Assembly (NCBI GenBank): GCA_963760795.1
Contig: CAVXEP010000012.1
Coordinates: 160,001-224,000, forward strand
Direction: 5' to 3'
Origin: an uncultured delta proteobacterium
GTDB lineage: Bacteria; Desulfobacterota; Binatia; UBA9968
DNA length: 64,000 bases
In this document: one piece after another, positions 52,706 through 62,573 of the stretch
Numbering within the stretch: position 1 is the first letter of the stretch
How the letters are laid out: each line of letters starts with the position of its first letter
Program-made: the position numbers and the translations under genes
The notes under the pieces: generated by a model
The model's database searches: none
What the model was told of the DNA's origin: nothing
What the model saw: the letters and a program-made list of their open reading frames with translations, nothing else

Positions 52706-53210
52706 TAGTGCGGCGAGTTGGGGAAGTTCAAAGACTCGAAGCAAAACTCCCTACATAAACAAATTCTTCCCGACGCAAGAGAGAGCTGAACCTGAAAGCC
52801 CAACAGTCGCAAAAAAATGGATCGACGACGGCAAGCCCGGCATCTTCTAATCCACTGCCGCGCCGAGATCCGGCGCCCGTTCTGGCGTCAATGCTCCCAG
52901 CTTGCCTTATCTATGGGACGTGCGGTAGAAGGCGGCGCATGTCATGCGGCGTCCGGTTTCTATTCAAAGATCAAAACATAGAAAATGTAAAGAATAGGCA
53001 GAACCATGCCAGAGATAAAAACGATAATTTGCCAAGACTTCACAACGAAAATGGTAACAGACGCCCGCGCCGGTGGTCGAGGCCAAAAAGCTTGATTAGG
53101 CCGTATCCAACTTTGGGCATGGTCGCACAAGCAGAGATCTGAACAAATTTCATGAATGCTCTCTCCTATAAATTTAGTGGCTGAGAATACCGCGGAGAAT
53201 CTCAATATTC

Positions 53211-53252
53211 TGTCTCATTTATGACAATCCCGCGCCTGTCTCATACCTGACA
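53211..53252. promoter_or_regulatory. Tandem TGT-N10-ACA enhancer-like sites
   Basis: TGTCTCATTTATGACA (53211-53226) and TGTCTCATACCTGACA (53237-53252). Confidence 0.55.
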
Positions 53253-53592
53253 ACGCCCAATCCCAAAATCAGTTGATCTTCAGTACCTTAGAATGATTAA
53301 AATTGATTTCTCGCGGACAATTTGATGATTGACCGGCGCGAAGAGATAACCCGTGTTTTGGTACAACTAATGGGTCTCGCCAATGATTGGCATGTAGAAC
53401 GTCCTGCCGATGTTCGCGACGTGGTGATCATTCAGAGCAGCCGAGGGCCTAAAGTTTCAGTTCCGGTTTCGTTTCCAGACGTAAAGGTGACAATCGAGAC
53501 GATGAGACAAAGACATACCGAATCCGAACCGAAATTGCGAAAGCCATTGTGTTGGCTCATGTAATACGACGAAATAAACCGCGCTTATCACC

Positions 53593-53910
53593 ATGATGGA
53601 ACAATACAAAGACCTTTGGATTTCCGGCCATGCCACCCCCGGCTATCCCGGCGCCAATAACTCGACGCCTGGCGCCACCGTTTTGTATCAGCGCCCCAAC
53701 AATTCAGTGGTGGAGCTAACGACACTGAATGTACACAACTTCGAGTTGGAGAACCGCGATGTAGCCGAGTTGATCGGTCTGGAACTCGCTAGGCTGATCG
53801 TTGACACTTGCTATCCTGAACTTCAGCGCGAGCGGCAGGAAATAGAGCAAAAGAACGACGGCAAACCCGACATCGCCTTATCGACGTTAATTGAAATACG
53901 TGGGGCGTAG
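53593..53910 (+). CDS. Hypothetical protein
   Basis: 105-aa ORF whose 5' end is duplicated at 54630. Confidence 0.65.
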   Translation: MMEQYKDLWISGHATPGYPGANNSTPGATVLYQRPNNSVVELTTLNVHNFELENRDVAELIGLELARLIVDTCYPELQRERQEIEQKNDGKPDIALSTLIEIRGA

Positions 53911-53922
53911 GGCTCGGCGCCC

Positions 53923-54195
53923 TCATTTCGGCTTCTGTGGGATTTTAATTATTTCATCTGCCATGCCGCGAAATCGAGGTTTATATCTCTCATCAAGTGC
54001 GTCAATCCTCGAAATTACCTCGGCCCCCAAACGGTCTATCCAGTCTTTGAATTCTTCATCGCTGAGCCAATCTTCGTTTCGCCGCTCCTTGTTGTCTACC
54101 TCATCGATAATTGCTTGAGCTTCGCGCTTGTAGTTATCCAGCAATACCTGAAAAAGATCCTCAAACCCCATTTTGGGGATATAGAGTTCATCCAT
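53923..54195 (-). CDS. Hypothetical acidic helical protein
   Basis: GGAG RBS, 90 aa. Confidence 0.6.
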   Translation of the reverse strand: MDELYIPKMGFEDLFQVLLDNYKREAQAIIDEVDNKERRNEDWLSDEEFKDWIDRLGAEVISRIDALDERYKPRFRGMADEIIKIPQKPK

Positions 54196-54337
54196 AACCA
54201 GATAACTCCAAAAACGCTTCCATATCTCGGGGTCGTTCCGAGGTCACGCCCCCCTCACGGGGATGGAAAAACCAGGGCGCTGGATTGCTTTATCTCTGTG
54301 ACGTGCGGTAGAAGCGCAAATCAAAAGGAGCGCACTA

Positions 54338-54580
54338 ATGGCAACCTACAAAGTCTTGGCGTTCTGTAATGATTGTGTCGATGTTCACGATATGGGAGTA
54401 CGCCTGTTCTTAGATGCTGGTCCCGCCGATAAGCAAAGCGTCGGTGATGTTTATAACGGCAAGGAGCTTCCGCCGGAGGTGCTACGCTTGTACAATAATT
54501 CCGTTCAGTGTCCCAAGACTGGAAAATACTTTTATCAGAGAGACAACGATCAAGTGTTTTTAGTTCCACTGGAGGATTAG
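54338..54580 (+). CDS. Small Cys-containing hypothetical protein
   Basis: AAGGAG RBS; CNDC..H and CPKTG. Confidence 0.75.
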   Translation: MATYKVLAFCNDCVDVHDMGVRLFLDAGPADKQSVGDVYNGKELPPEVLRLYNNSVQCPKTGKYFYQRDNDQVFLVPLED

Positions 54581-55011
54581 AAAAAGGGCTTGGCGGCTTT
54601 TATTGCATATACGGTGCTTTGAGGATTGCATGGAACATTACAAAGACCTTTGGATTTCCGGCCATGCCACGCCCGGCTACTCCCGGCATTAATGTTTTCG
54701 GCTTCCAGGTGTGTTGACGCTTTCGTCCTTCTCCCCAACAGGATCTTCCGAGAGGCTTCTCTTTTCGCACATTGAACACAATTGCGTCTCGCCCATGCAA
54801 ATACAGCAAGCGAAGTCTTCTTTAATTCGGCTATCTAGTCTGATACATGGATGTCCGCACTTTGTTCCGACATCAACGCCACGAGTATTTCTATCCATAA
54901 ATTTTCCCTAAAAAGAGTGTTCAACCAAGTATGCGAACTCCACGCCCAACGACCCACCGAGTGAAGTTGTAGTTATCACGTTCTTCTGGACTGGACGTCA
55001 TGATTGCCTAC

Positions 55012-55407
55012 TCAATCGAGCAGCTCCTTAGGCACATTCCCGCCGTTGGCGGCGATTTGCGCCAGAACGGTCTTGTGCAGCCAAATATTCATCTTCGCCG
55101 AATCCCCCATGAGATCCGCCGGGCAGCCCAGCTCCGTAGCCAGCTCCTTGCGCGCCGCAAAGCTGCTATCGATCTCGAGCAGCTTCAGCAGGTCGACGAT
55201 GGAAGTGCGCCAGTTCAGCTTCTGCGGGTTAGCTGCCGCGCGCTGCTCCAGCTGCGCGACGACATCGACGACCGCGACCGGCCTGGGCGGCGGCGGTGCT
55301 GCCTGACCAGCAGTCGGGCTTGCCGCCGAGGTGGGAGGCGGCGTAGCAGGGTTAACGTCCTTGCTGCCGATGCCCAATTTCTGAAGTATATTGCTGAAGA
55401 ATCCCAT
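55012..55407 (-). CDS. DUF3597 domain protein
   Basis: LNWRTSIVDLLKLL, SAKMNIWLHK, NGGNVP. Confidence 0.93.
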   Translation of the reverse strand: MGFFSNILQKLGIGSKDVNPATPPPTSAASPTAGQAAPPPPRPVAVVDVVAQLEQRAAANPQKLNWRTSIVDLLKLLEIDSSFAARKELATELGCPADLMGDSAKMNIWLHKTVLAQIAANGGNVPKELLD

Positions 55408-55578
55408 GGCGATCTCCTCATCTTATTTTGCCTGATTGGAAGCATTAAGCATGGACAGTGAGCCCGTGTTTATTCATAACATCCTAGCAGCGAGGGCATC
55501 ATCGCTTCGCCCGAGGTTATAATCGGTGTTACAGGCATCAAAATCCTCATTATCTATAAAACTGCTTGAGTCAGTTGA

Positions 55579-55965
55579 TCACGAAGGCATGCGTACACCG
55601 CCCGTCACCCCTCGATTACGATTGATAATTTCCACTGCCAGTTCAGTCTGATCGGCAGCGTCCACTAAGAGCAGCACCTGCTCGCCGTCAAGTTCTGGGA
55701 CGCCGGGAGTCTCTGCCGCGTTTGCCTTGTGTACTCTGTTATCGGCGCTAAACAGCTCCTGAGCCACGTTATCTTGCATAGCGACAGCAATCCGATCTTC
55801 GGGAAAGCCGGCACCTTTTAGCTCATTGATCGCTTGCATCGCCTGCGCCGATTCACCGAATAAACCTGTGACCCGGCTTTCGGCGCTCTCATTCATGCGT
55901 GTTTTTTCCTCCGCACCAACTGTTTTAGGATAATTTACAACATCTTTTAACTGCATTGGGCTCAC
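55579..55965 (-). CDS. General stress protein-like (YflT-like) protein
   Basis: VTGLF ... AINELKGAGF.EDRIAV. Confidence 0.7.
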   Translation of the reverse strand: MSPMQLKDVVNYPKTVGAEEKTRMNESAESRVTGLFGESAQAMQAINELKGAGFPEDRIAVAMQDNVAQELFSADNRVHKANAAETPGVPELDGEQVLLLVDAADQTELAVEIINRNRGVTGGVRMPS

Positions 55966-56037
55966 CTCGCAAAATTAATTAATCGCGTCAGTACCGCTCG
56001 ATCGATTTGCTCTATAACTTTATGAATAGAACAACCA

Positions 56038-56054
56038 AGCAACGAACGTACCAA
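56038..56054 (-). promoter_or_regulatory. Sigma54 -24/-12 promoter
   Basis: Minus strand TTGGTACGTTCGTTGCT. Confidence 0.65.
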
Positions 56055-56455
56055 CCTTACATATCTGGTAGAGTGATGAAGTGTCTTGGATGTGACCCAA
56101 AGATAAGTCAATTTTCCCGAAGATGAAACGGAGCACGTGTGTCTGACGACTCTGACATATCTACAAGTGCTTATCGGTTGGCATCCGCATGCGAATTAAG
56201 ATGAGGATTATAAGCAAATCGTCGATAAAGCATTGTTTACAGCAGAAAAGACCCAGAATCATCGGCCGGGAACGGCGCTAAGTAGCGGCTTGCGCAAAGG
56301 GATATAGGCCATGCGTATTCTGTGACCCTCAAACATGGAATAATAACCAGTTGGAAATGTTTGAATATGTGATTACCGAATTATGAACCATCTCTCGCTA
56401 CTAGGCGGAATTATTTAACCGGCATGATCCGTAAGAATCAATATTGATGCGCTGG

Positions 56456-56494
56456 AACCCAAAGAGGCCTTTGAATCGGAGACCTCTTTGGGTT
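56456..56494. terminator. Hairpin downstream of the SRPBCC gene
   Basis: AACCCAAAGAGG / CCTCTTTGGGTT. Confidence 0.65.
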
Positions 56495-56533
56495 GATCGG
56501 TCTGTTTCGCGCTTACTACGCAGTCTACCTTAG

Positions 56534-57004
56534 TCATTCAGAAATTTTGTGCCCTTCACGAATCGTACCACGCCAAGCCCCAGTTTCTTGACCCCGGTTT
56601 TCGATGAATTCTTTGAAGTGCTCAAGATCGTTTCCGACTCGTCTGGAAACGAAGCCGACCGCATCACCGATGTTTTCTACAAATCCCTTGGGATCGTAGA
56701 ATAATTCTAAGACCACCCGTGTCCGATCCGGCCCTAATCTCGCAAAATCTACCTGACCGGAAATGTGTTCTTCCGATTGGGACTGCCAGGCAATGCGATT
56801 ATCGGGGATTTGCTCCGTGATCTTCGCAGTCCATTCTTTTTCTTTCCCACCAATATCAGCCCTCCAGTGAAGCCGCTGATCGTCCAGTTGTCGGACTTCC
56901 TTCACTCCTTCCATAAATCGGGGAAATTCTTCGAATTGCGTCCATTGATTGTAAACATCGCGGAGGGGTCGCTCGACTTCAATCGATTTTTTTATTCGCT
57001 CCAT
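56534..57004 (-). CDS. SRPBCC (polyketide cyclase/dehydrase) family protein
   Basis: YNQWTQFEEFPRFMEGV, ITEQIPD.RIAW, ETGAWRG. Confidence 0.93.
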   Translation of the reverse strand: MERIKKSIEVERPLRDVYNQWTQFEEFPRFMEGVKEVRQLDDQRLHWRADIGGKEKEWTAKITEQIPDNRIAWQSQSEEHISGQVDFARLGPDRTRVVLELFYDPKGFVENIGDAVGFVSRRVGNDLEHFKEFIENRGQETGAWRGTIREGHKISE

Positions 57005-57046
57005 TTTGGAATCCTCCTATAGGGGTAGTTAATAAACCAGTATCGG

Positions 57047-57062
57047 TGCAAGTGCTATGCCC
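57047..57062 (-). promoter_or_regulatory. Sigma54 -24/-12 promoter
   Basis: Minus strand GGGCATAGCACTTGCA. Confidence 0.65.
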
Positions 57063-57149
57063 TCCCATCCGCGGTTTGATTAAAGTTCTTTGAAACAGGA
57101 GGCGCTCCACTAGTCAGAGAAAGTCATACTTTGCGTTAGCAATTTACCT

Positions 57150-57345
57150 TCATTTAGATCCGCCGAGCTCCGCCGGGCTCCGCAGCGGCGCGTTGGGATT
57201 CGATTTTGTCGCACATGACCACATTTTCTTTATGCAGAATTCACACTTGCCACAGGCAATAACGAAAGGTGTCACTACTTTATCACCGACCGTTAAGGTA
57301 TTTATTTCGCTGCCCATTTCGACAACCTCGCCCATGTTTTTCGTG
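57150..57345 (-). pseudogene. Zn-dependent alcohol/formaldehyde dehydrogenase fragment
   Basis: MGEVVEMG ... GDKVVTPFVIACGKCEFC. Confidence 0.75.
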
Positions 57346-57446
57346 ACCGAGAATGTCGCCTTTTTCCATTGTTGCCGTGTCATTACTGCAACAAATCTCA
57401 ATTCTGAAACATTCAACACTCGTATCGTCCATTCTGCCGCGAAACA

Positions 57447-57462
57447 TGGCACCTCACTTGCC
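57447..57462 (+). promoter_or_regulatory. Sigma54 -24/-12 promoter
   Basis: TGGCACCTCACTTGCC, consensus match about 40 bp before the 57505 gene. Confidence 0.75.
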
Positions 57463-57504
57463 AGAGTCAGTAATGGGTATTGTAATGATAGTAGGGGGTA
57501 AAGC

Positions 57505-58221
57505 ATGTTTTCAGATGAAGTCGAGTTAAAAGATGTTGAAAAAATGGACCCAGAATATGGGGAACTCTTGGGACGAGTGCTGACTATCCAGGCCGATTGC
57601 GAGATTGGAGGTCCCCATCTCTATGTAAAGGATATGCTACCTTCCGCGCCTAGCAAGTTGGAACAATTAATCGTCGCACGAACAGCAGCGGAAGAGCTCG
57701 ATCATTTTCGTAAGATCGCCCGCGTGGCCGGTGATATCGGAGTTGACGTGTCTTTCGTCCTCAGCTGGCCCAATCAGAAACGCTACTTGGATGCGTTTCG
57801 CGGGATAATCAAAACCTGGGAGGATTTTGCCGTGTTCGGATTTCTGATCGACCGTGTAGGTCGTTACCAGTTAGAGGAATTTTACGCTTGCACTTACAAG
57901 CCGCTGGAGCGCATGTTGCCACAGATCATCAAAGAGGAGCTGGGACACATCGGCTACGGCGAAAACAAGACGGCAGAGCTGGCCGCAATGGGAGAGGAAA
58001 CTAGGCAGAATATACAGAAAGCAATCGATTTTTGGTACGTCAAGGCCCTCGACATGTTCGGTCGCTCGGATTCCACGCGTGATGCGCGCTACATTTATTG
58101 GGGCTTGAAGCGTCGGACCAACGCTCGGGCTAGGCAAGAATTCATCGAAGAAGTGAATCCTCTTATCGAGAAGATGGGCTTGAAGGTACCTGATCCTCTC
58201 AAAGGGCGGATATATCTCTAG
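57505..58221 (+). CDS. PaaA/PaaC-like ferritin-fold di-iron oxygenase subunit
   Basis: QADCE, APS, EELDH, EELGH, ALDMFG, WGLKRRTN. Confidence 0.85.
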   Translation: MFSDEVELKDVEKMDPEYGELLGRVLTIQADCEIGGPHLYVKDMLPSAPSKLEQLIVARTAAEELDHFRKIARVAGDIGVDVSFVLSWPNQKRYLDAFRGIIKTWEDFAVFGFLIDRVGRYQLEEFYACTYKPLERMLPQIIKEELGHIGYGENKTAELAAMGEETRQNIQKAIDFWYVKALDMFGRSDSTRDARYIYWGLKRRTNARARQEFIEEVNPLIEKMGLKVPDPLKGRIYL

Positions 58222-59122
58222 TACCCGGTAGACGCCGGGAGCCGACGTTATCTTCTAAATTGCCCTGATCACTGCAATCGTGGTTGGGGTTCCACCGCGT
58301 AAACGTTAGCTGAGCAGGCAAAAAGTCAATTCTAGCGGAGGAACTGCTCGTTCGCTGAATTCAATCTATTCTCAATTGGCCTGCTCTCACCCCGGTTGTA
58401 AGCGCTATATGCGACCCGAAGGACCCGATAGCTAACTTCTAAGAAAATGAAATTGAGTTGATATTTTCTCTTTGCCTTTCGGTGTATCTGATTTACTGAT
58501 CTTGTTTTCGCCCTGTTTCTCGGTTCCTGTTTGGATCTTTTTTGTTGCGGGCGTCTTTTTGCTTCGCGTGGCCATAGTTCAGAACCCTCCTAAACTTAAC
58601 CGTTTTGAACGAGGTGTTCTAGGTGACATGATTCCTTGCTTCAAAAAAGACTATGACACTCAGTGATTCGCCCGCTACTGGGTGAGTTTTGTCTCCAGCG
58701 CTTCCAGGCGCCGTTCCGGATCGCTCGGTTATCTCCGAGCGTCTGGCGTCGGAGACTCCACAGAAATCACTAATCTTTTTCCGATCAAAAGAAGTATAAG
58801 TGTTCGGAGCTATGACCATACCCAGAGGCTGGCCTCCGATCGGTGCGTAAGCTTCCGATATGCCGATATCTCCAAGCATAGAGCGAATCACTGCTACGGC
58901 AGGAGCCAAGTGAGATCTCGACTTCTTACCTTTGTCCACAGCACTAAGTCGGAACCCAAACGATGTCTTAAAAACCCAGGGGAATGTCCATTGGCTGAAG
59001 CGGAAGAAGCCGGCCTGCGGTGCGGCAAAGAGTGGCTCAGCTAAAATTTAATACGAGGAATAGATCAGTGAATGAAGCGGCATTGAGGTAGATATCAAAT
59101 CCCATGACGCTTATCTCGGGAT

Positions 59123-59293
59123 CTATTCTTCCGCAGTGGCTTCAATAATTTCGTTTGCCGTCGCTTTTATCCATTCATCTTTACCGTTTTTAAATTTGAC
59201 CGGTGTGAGTCCCGCTTTCGCTCCGGGTAATACCTTCTCGAAATTCTGGAAATTTATTTCTACAGGCTCGCCTTTGTCGTTTATGAATTTCAT
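59123..59293 (-). CDS. Small hypothetical protein
   Basis: GAGAGGG RBS; MKFINDKGEPVEIN..., 56 aa. Confidence 0.6.
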   Translation of the reverse strand: MKFINDKGEPVEINFQNFEKVLPGAKAGLTPVKFKNGKDEWIKATANEIIEATAEE

Positions 59294-59828
59294 GTTTGTT
59301 TGTTGCCCTCTCGTTAGTTGAAGAGCTACCGGCGTGGGACGGTACGCCACATTCGACAATCTTTAGCCATGTAGTTTTCTTTATCGTTGGACATTTAATA
59401 TTTTAGGGTATTAAGGCAGCGGCACCCTATTTCGTCATAGCTGATGTCACGCGCCATATGATATTGCCAACGTCATCTGTCACCAGCAGCGCCCCCCTCG
59501 ATCTCCGGCAACTCCAACCGGACGGCCCAAGGCATCACCGTCCGCGGTGACAAAGCCCGTAAGGATATCTTCAGGTGGCCCGGCAGGGCTGCCGTCAGCG
59601 AAGGCCACAAAAATCACCTTAATAGCCACTGCGCGGTTGACGGTTCCAGGCCGATAAACGCACCGCTCATATGGGGCTGCCCTTGGTGTTGTACCTGAAG
59701 GCCAACTTTTGGCAGGGGCAACATTGACGTGTCGACCTAACCATTGGCGGGTCCATTTCACGACCTAAATATGTCCTGGGTAATTAACACGGATGAATGC
59801 CTAGCTGAATTCCTTGTTTAAAAGTAAT

Positions 59829-60215
59829 CTATGCGTCGGCCCCTTTGCTCTCTGGCGCCTTCACCAGCCAGCGTTCGCGCATCATCTTGTCCTGAATTCG
59901 TAGTAACCCCTCGGTAAGCGCTTCCGGACGGGGCGGACAACCGGGAACGTAAACGTCGACCGGAATAATCTTGTCGACGCCTTTGCAGACCGAATAAGCG
60001 AGCTGGAACAGCCCACCGCAGTTCGAGCAACTGCCCATGGAGATGACATATTTAGGGTCGGGCATCTGGTCATAAAGCAGCTTGGTGCGTTTGGCCATCT
60101 TATAGGTGAGCGTGCCGGCAACGATCATCAGATCCGATTGCCTTGGCGTCGCCCGCGGCACGGCGCCGAAACGGTCGAGATCAGCGCGCGGCCCGCCGGT
60201 CTGCATGAGCTCGAT
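59829..60215 (-). pseudogene. nuoB: NADH-quinone oxidoreductase subunit B, 5'-truncated
   Basis: [48 protein letters not shown]; lacks the upstream CC motif. Confidence 0.9.
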
Positions 60216-60332
60216 TTAGTTGTGCAAATCGAATTTACCGAATGGACAGCCGACGATCACTTGCGCCACGCCGCGTTTGCCGGGATTAGCAAGGACAAGA
60301 AAGCGCAGGATGTGGTGCGCGAGTTGGAGTAG
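60213..60332 (+). pseudogene. ATP-dependent DNA ligase (LigD-type) C-terminal fragment
   Basis: LVVQIEFTEWTADDHLRHAAFAG...DK.A.DVVRE. Confidence 0.8.
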
Positions 60333-60469
60333 CCAATGTGGTTAAGACTAAGTCACGCGATGCATCCTTTTACCTCACAAGTGCTCAATCGGCACTATAG
60401 GCCAGGCAATCACTTCCTGATATCCACCAAAATGACATAGCGGTTTTATGTCAGGCAGATCAATTCCTA

Positions 60470-60660
60470 AAGCTACGGTCATGCTGTTTTTATGCAATTC
60501 GATCTCCGCGCGTTGAAGAGGCCACTGTGCGTGATGAATTTCTCCGAAGACGATCCGGTTTGATTTTAGCGCGCCGTAGAGAGCGTATCTTTCGGTGAGC
60601 CAATGGTCGAGCGTTCCCGGAGTGGAGTGATAAATTTCTGAAACAGGGCGTATTTACTTC
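60470..60660 (-). pseudogene. YqjF/DUF2071 fragment
   Basis: Minus strand GTLDHWLTERYALY followed by GEIHHAQWPLQRAE; boundaries approximate. Confidence 0.65.
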
Positions 60661-60929
60661 GAACTCGGCGGATGAGCATTCGATGAGTCGCCTTGCGAGT
60701 TCAGCTCTGCTAGACGTTTACGGAAGTGTCTTAGATTTGAGAACAAAAAAGCTGCGTGTATGAAGCGAAATCAGGACGGTAGTTTGGAATTTTTAATTTT
60801 TAAAGTAGCCACGATTTTACCTACGCTGGTTCGAAATCGGCCAGATTTCAACTACTTAATCGGGGCTTGACAGTGGCAAAAGCGAGATTAAATTTTAAAT
60901 GCAATCTCGATCCGAAAGGAGCTAAAAAC

Positions 60930-61391
60930 ATGCTTAACGAATTGATGAGATGGAACCCTACTGAAGAATTGTCTAACTGGCATCGTGATATCGATGATTT
61001 GTTCGGTCGATTTTTCGAACGACACGAAAACGCTGTGGCGGCGAATTGGGTCCCTCGGATAGAATCATTTCGCAAGGATAATGATTACGTTATACGAGTC
61101 GATCTGCCTGGCGTTAATCCCAACGACGTTCACGTTCAAGCTGAAGGAAATGTCTTGACTATTACCGGCGAGCGCAAAAGCGAGGATAAGGGGCCGAAAT
61201 ATCGGGAGACGTTTTATGGCAAATTCGAGCGGCAACTGGCTTTACCTCAAGGTGCAGAAGCAGACAAGATTGTCGCCCGATATGAGCATGGCGTACTTGA
61301 AATCCGGGTGCCGCTTCCGGCGCAGCTTGCTGGTCGGATGATTCCGATTCAGATCGATCATAAGGACAAGAAAAAACTAGAGGCTGCATAG
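60930..61391 (+). CDS. Hsp20/alpha-crystallin small heat-shock protein
   Basis: DLPGV, LTITGER, YGKFERQL, ARYEHGVLEI; AAGGAG RBS; TTGACA at 60867. Confidence 0.95.
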   Translation: MLNELMRWNPTEELSNWHRDIDDLFGRFFERHENAVAANWVPRIESFRKDNDYVIRVDLPGVNPNDVHVQAEGNVLTITGERKSEDKGPKYRETFYGKFERQLALPQGAEADKIVARYEHGVLEIRVPLPAQLAGRMIPIQIDHKDKKKLEAA

Positions 61392-61426
61392 TAACAAAGC
61401 TCTATTAACAGAAGCGGCTATTCTTC

Positions 61427-61461
61427 AAAGGGGTCTTCCATGAGGAAGACCCTTTTGTTTT
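61427..61461 (+). terminator. Rho-independent terminator
   Basis: GGGTCTTCC-atga-GGAAGACCC-TTTTGTTTT. Confidence 0.85.
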
Positions 61462-61486
61462 GAGTCACCGGGATAAAGGAGAGCCA

Positions 61487-61900
61487 ATGAGCGAAGACAG
61501 TTTCAACATAACAAGCCGCGACAACTTGCTGATTGATCAATACATGGACACGTTTCGACGCAGCGAATATCTCGGATCGGAGAAATCGCTACTCGTTGCG
61601 ATCCTCGATGACGCGGTACAGGAATATCGAAAATACGATCGGGCACACGATGCGGATGGCAAAAGACGATTTCGTGAAGTGCAGGAATGGCTCATGCAAG
61701 AGGATGATGAGTGGATATTCTCCTTTCACAATGTCTGCGAGCTTCTTGGCCTCGACCCGGAGTACGTTCGCCGTGGACTCTCTGAAACTCAATCTAAATC
61801 GGGGCAGGAGAAGCCCGGACTACCTAAAAACGGGCGGCATGAACATTTGGCTTCCGCTGAGCAGAAGGTCGGAGATCATCCGACCGACGCTTGCGGTTGA
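61487..61900 (+). CDS. Conserved hypothetical protein
   Basis: EKSLLVAILDDAV ... EW ... FSFHNVCELLGLDPEYVRRGL; AAGGAG RBS. Confidence 0.8.
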   Translation: MSEDSFNITSRDNLLIDQYMDTFRRSEYLGSEKSLLVAILDDAVQEYRKYDRAHDADGKRRFREVQEWLMQEDDEWIFSFHNVCELLGLDPEYVRRGLSETQSKSGQEKPGLPKNGRHEHLASAEQKVGDHPTDACG

Positions 61901-62169
61901 ATGCCTAGTCAAGACAACCGGCCAAGGAGCCTTTCGCAACCAAGCGGTTAGGCCAAGCGGGTTTGTGTCTGGCTTCTTTCAACGACGTTTTTTTCAAGGA
62001 TTTCATGAACAATTTCGATGAGTGTAACAACCCACACTTCGGCGTCTGCCCAAATGCATTCGGATTAAACACAGAGTGGCAGACAGTCGCCGATGCGAAA
62101 TTCAAGGACATCAAAGAACAAGCAGATTGCCGAGCTAAACGAACGGAAATCCGATGATTGATCGGTGGG

Positions 62170-62287
62170 TGGCCGAGATCGGCGGCGAGATCGCCATGGT
62201 AGGTGTTGCGCCGGTCATAACCAACACCATTTCCCCGCCGGCAAGCGTATCGACGCAGTGCCGGTCACACCGGACAAATTGCTTTGA
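62170..62287 (+). pseudogene. Xanthine dehydrogenase-family molybdopterin subunit C-terminal remnant
   Basis: GEIAMVGVAPVITN, then a shifted frame GKRIDAVPVTPDKLL*. Confidence 0.65.
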
Positions 62288-62573
62288 AGCGTCACCCTGG
62301 CAACAGTTGCGACGTCGATCATCGTTCACGGGTTTTCGGTGTCACCCATGATGAAACACTATCTGGAGAAGACCAGTACAAGGACAACGAATCGACCGCG
62401 CCGGTGATCAATTTCTTTACGAGCGGGACATTTAACTTCTTTGAGCTCTCCGGGGGCACCCATCTTGCAGACAAGAAAAGCGGTGAGATACTAAGTAATC
62501 GGCATCGCGTATTGGTCCACCACGCACTAAGTTAGACCAAAAAAACACCGAGGCGATCCAAAAGGAGAAGACC

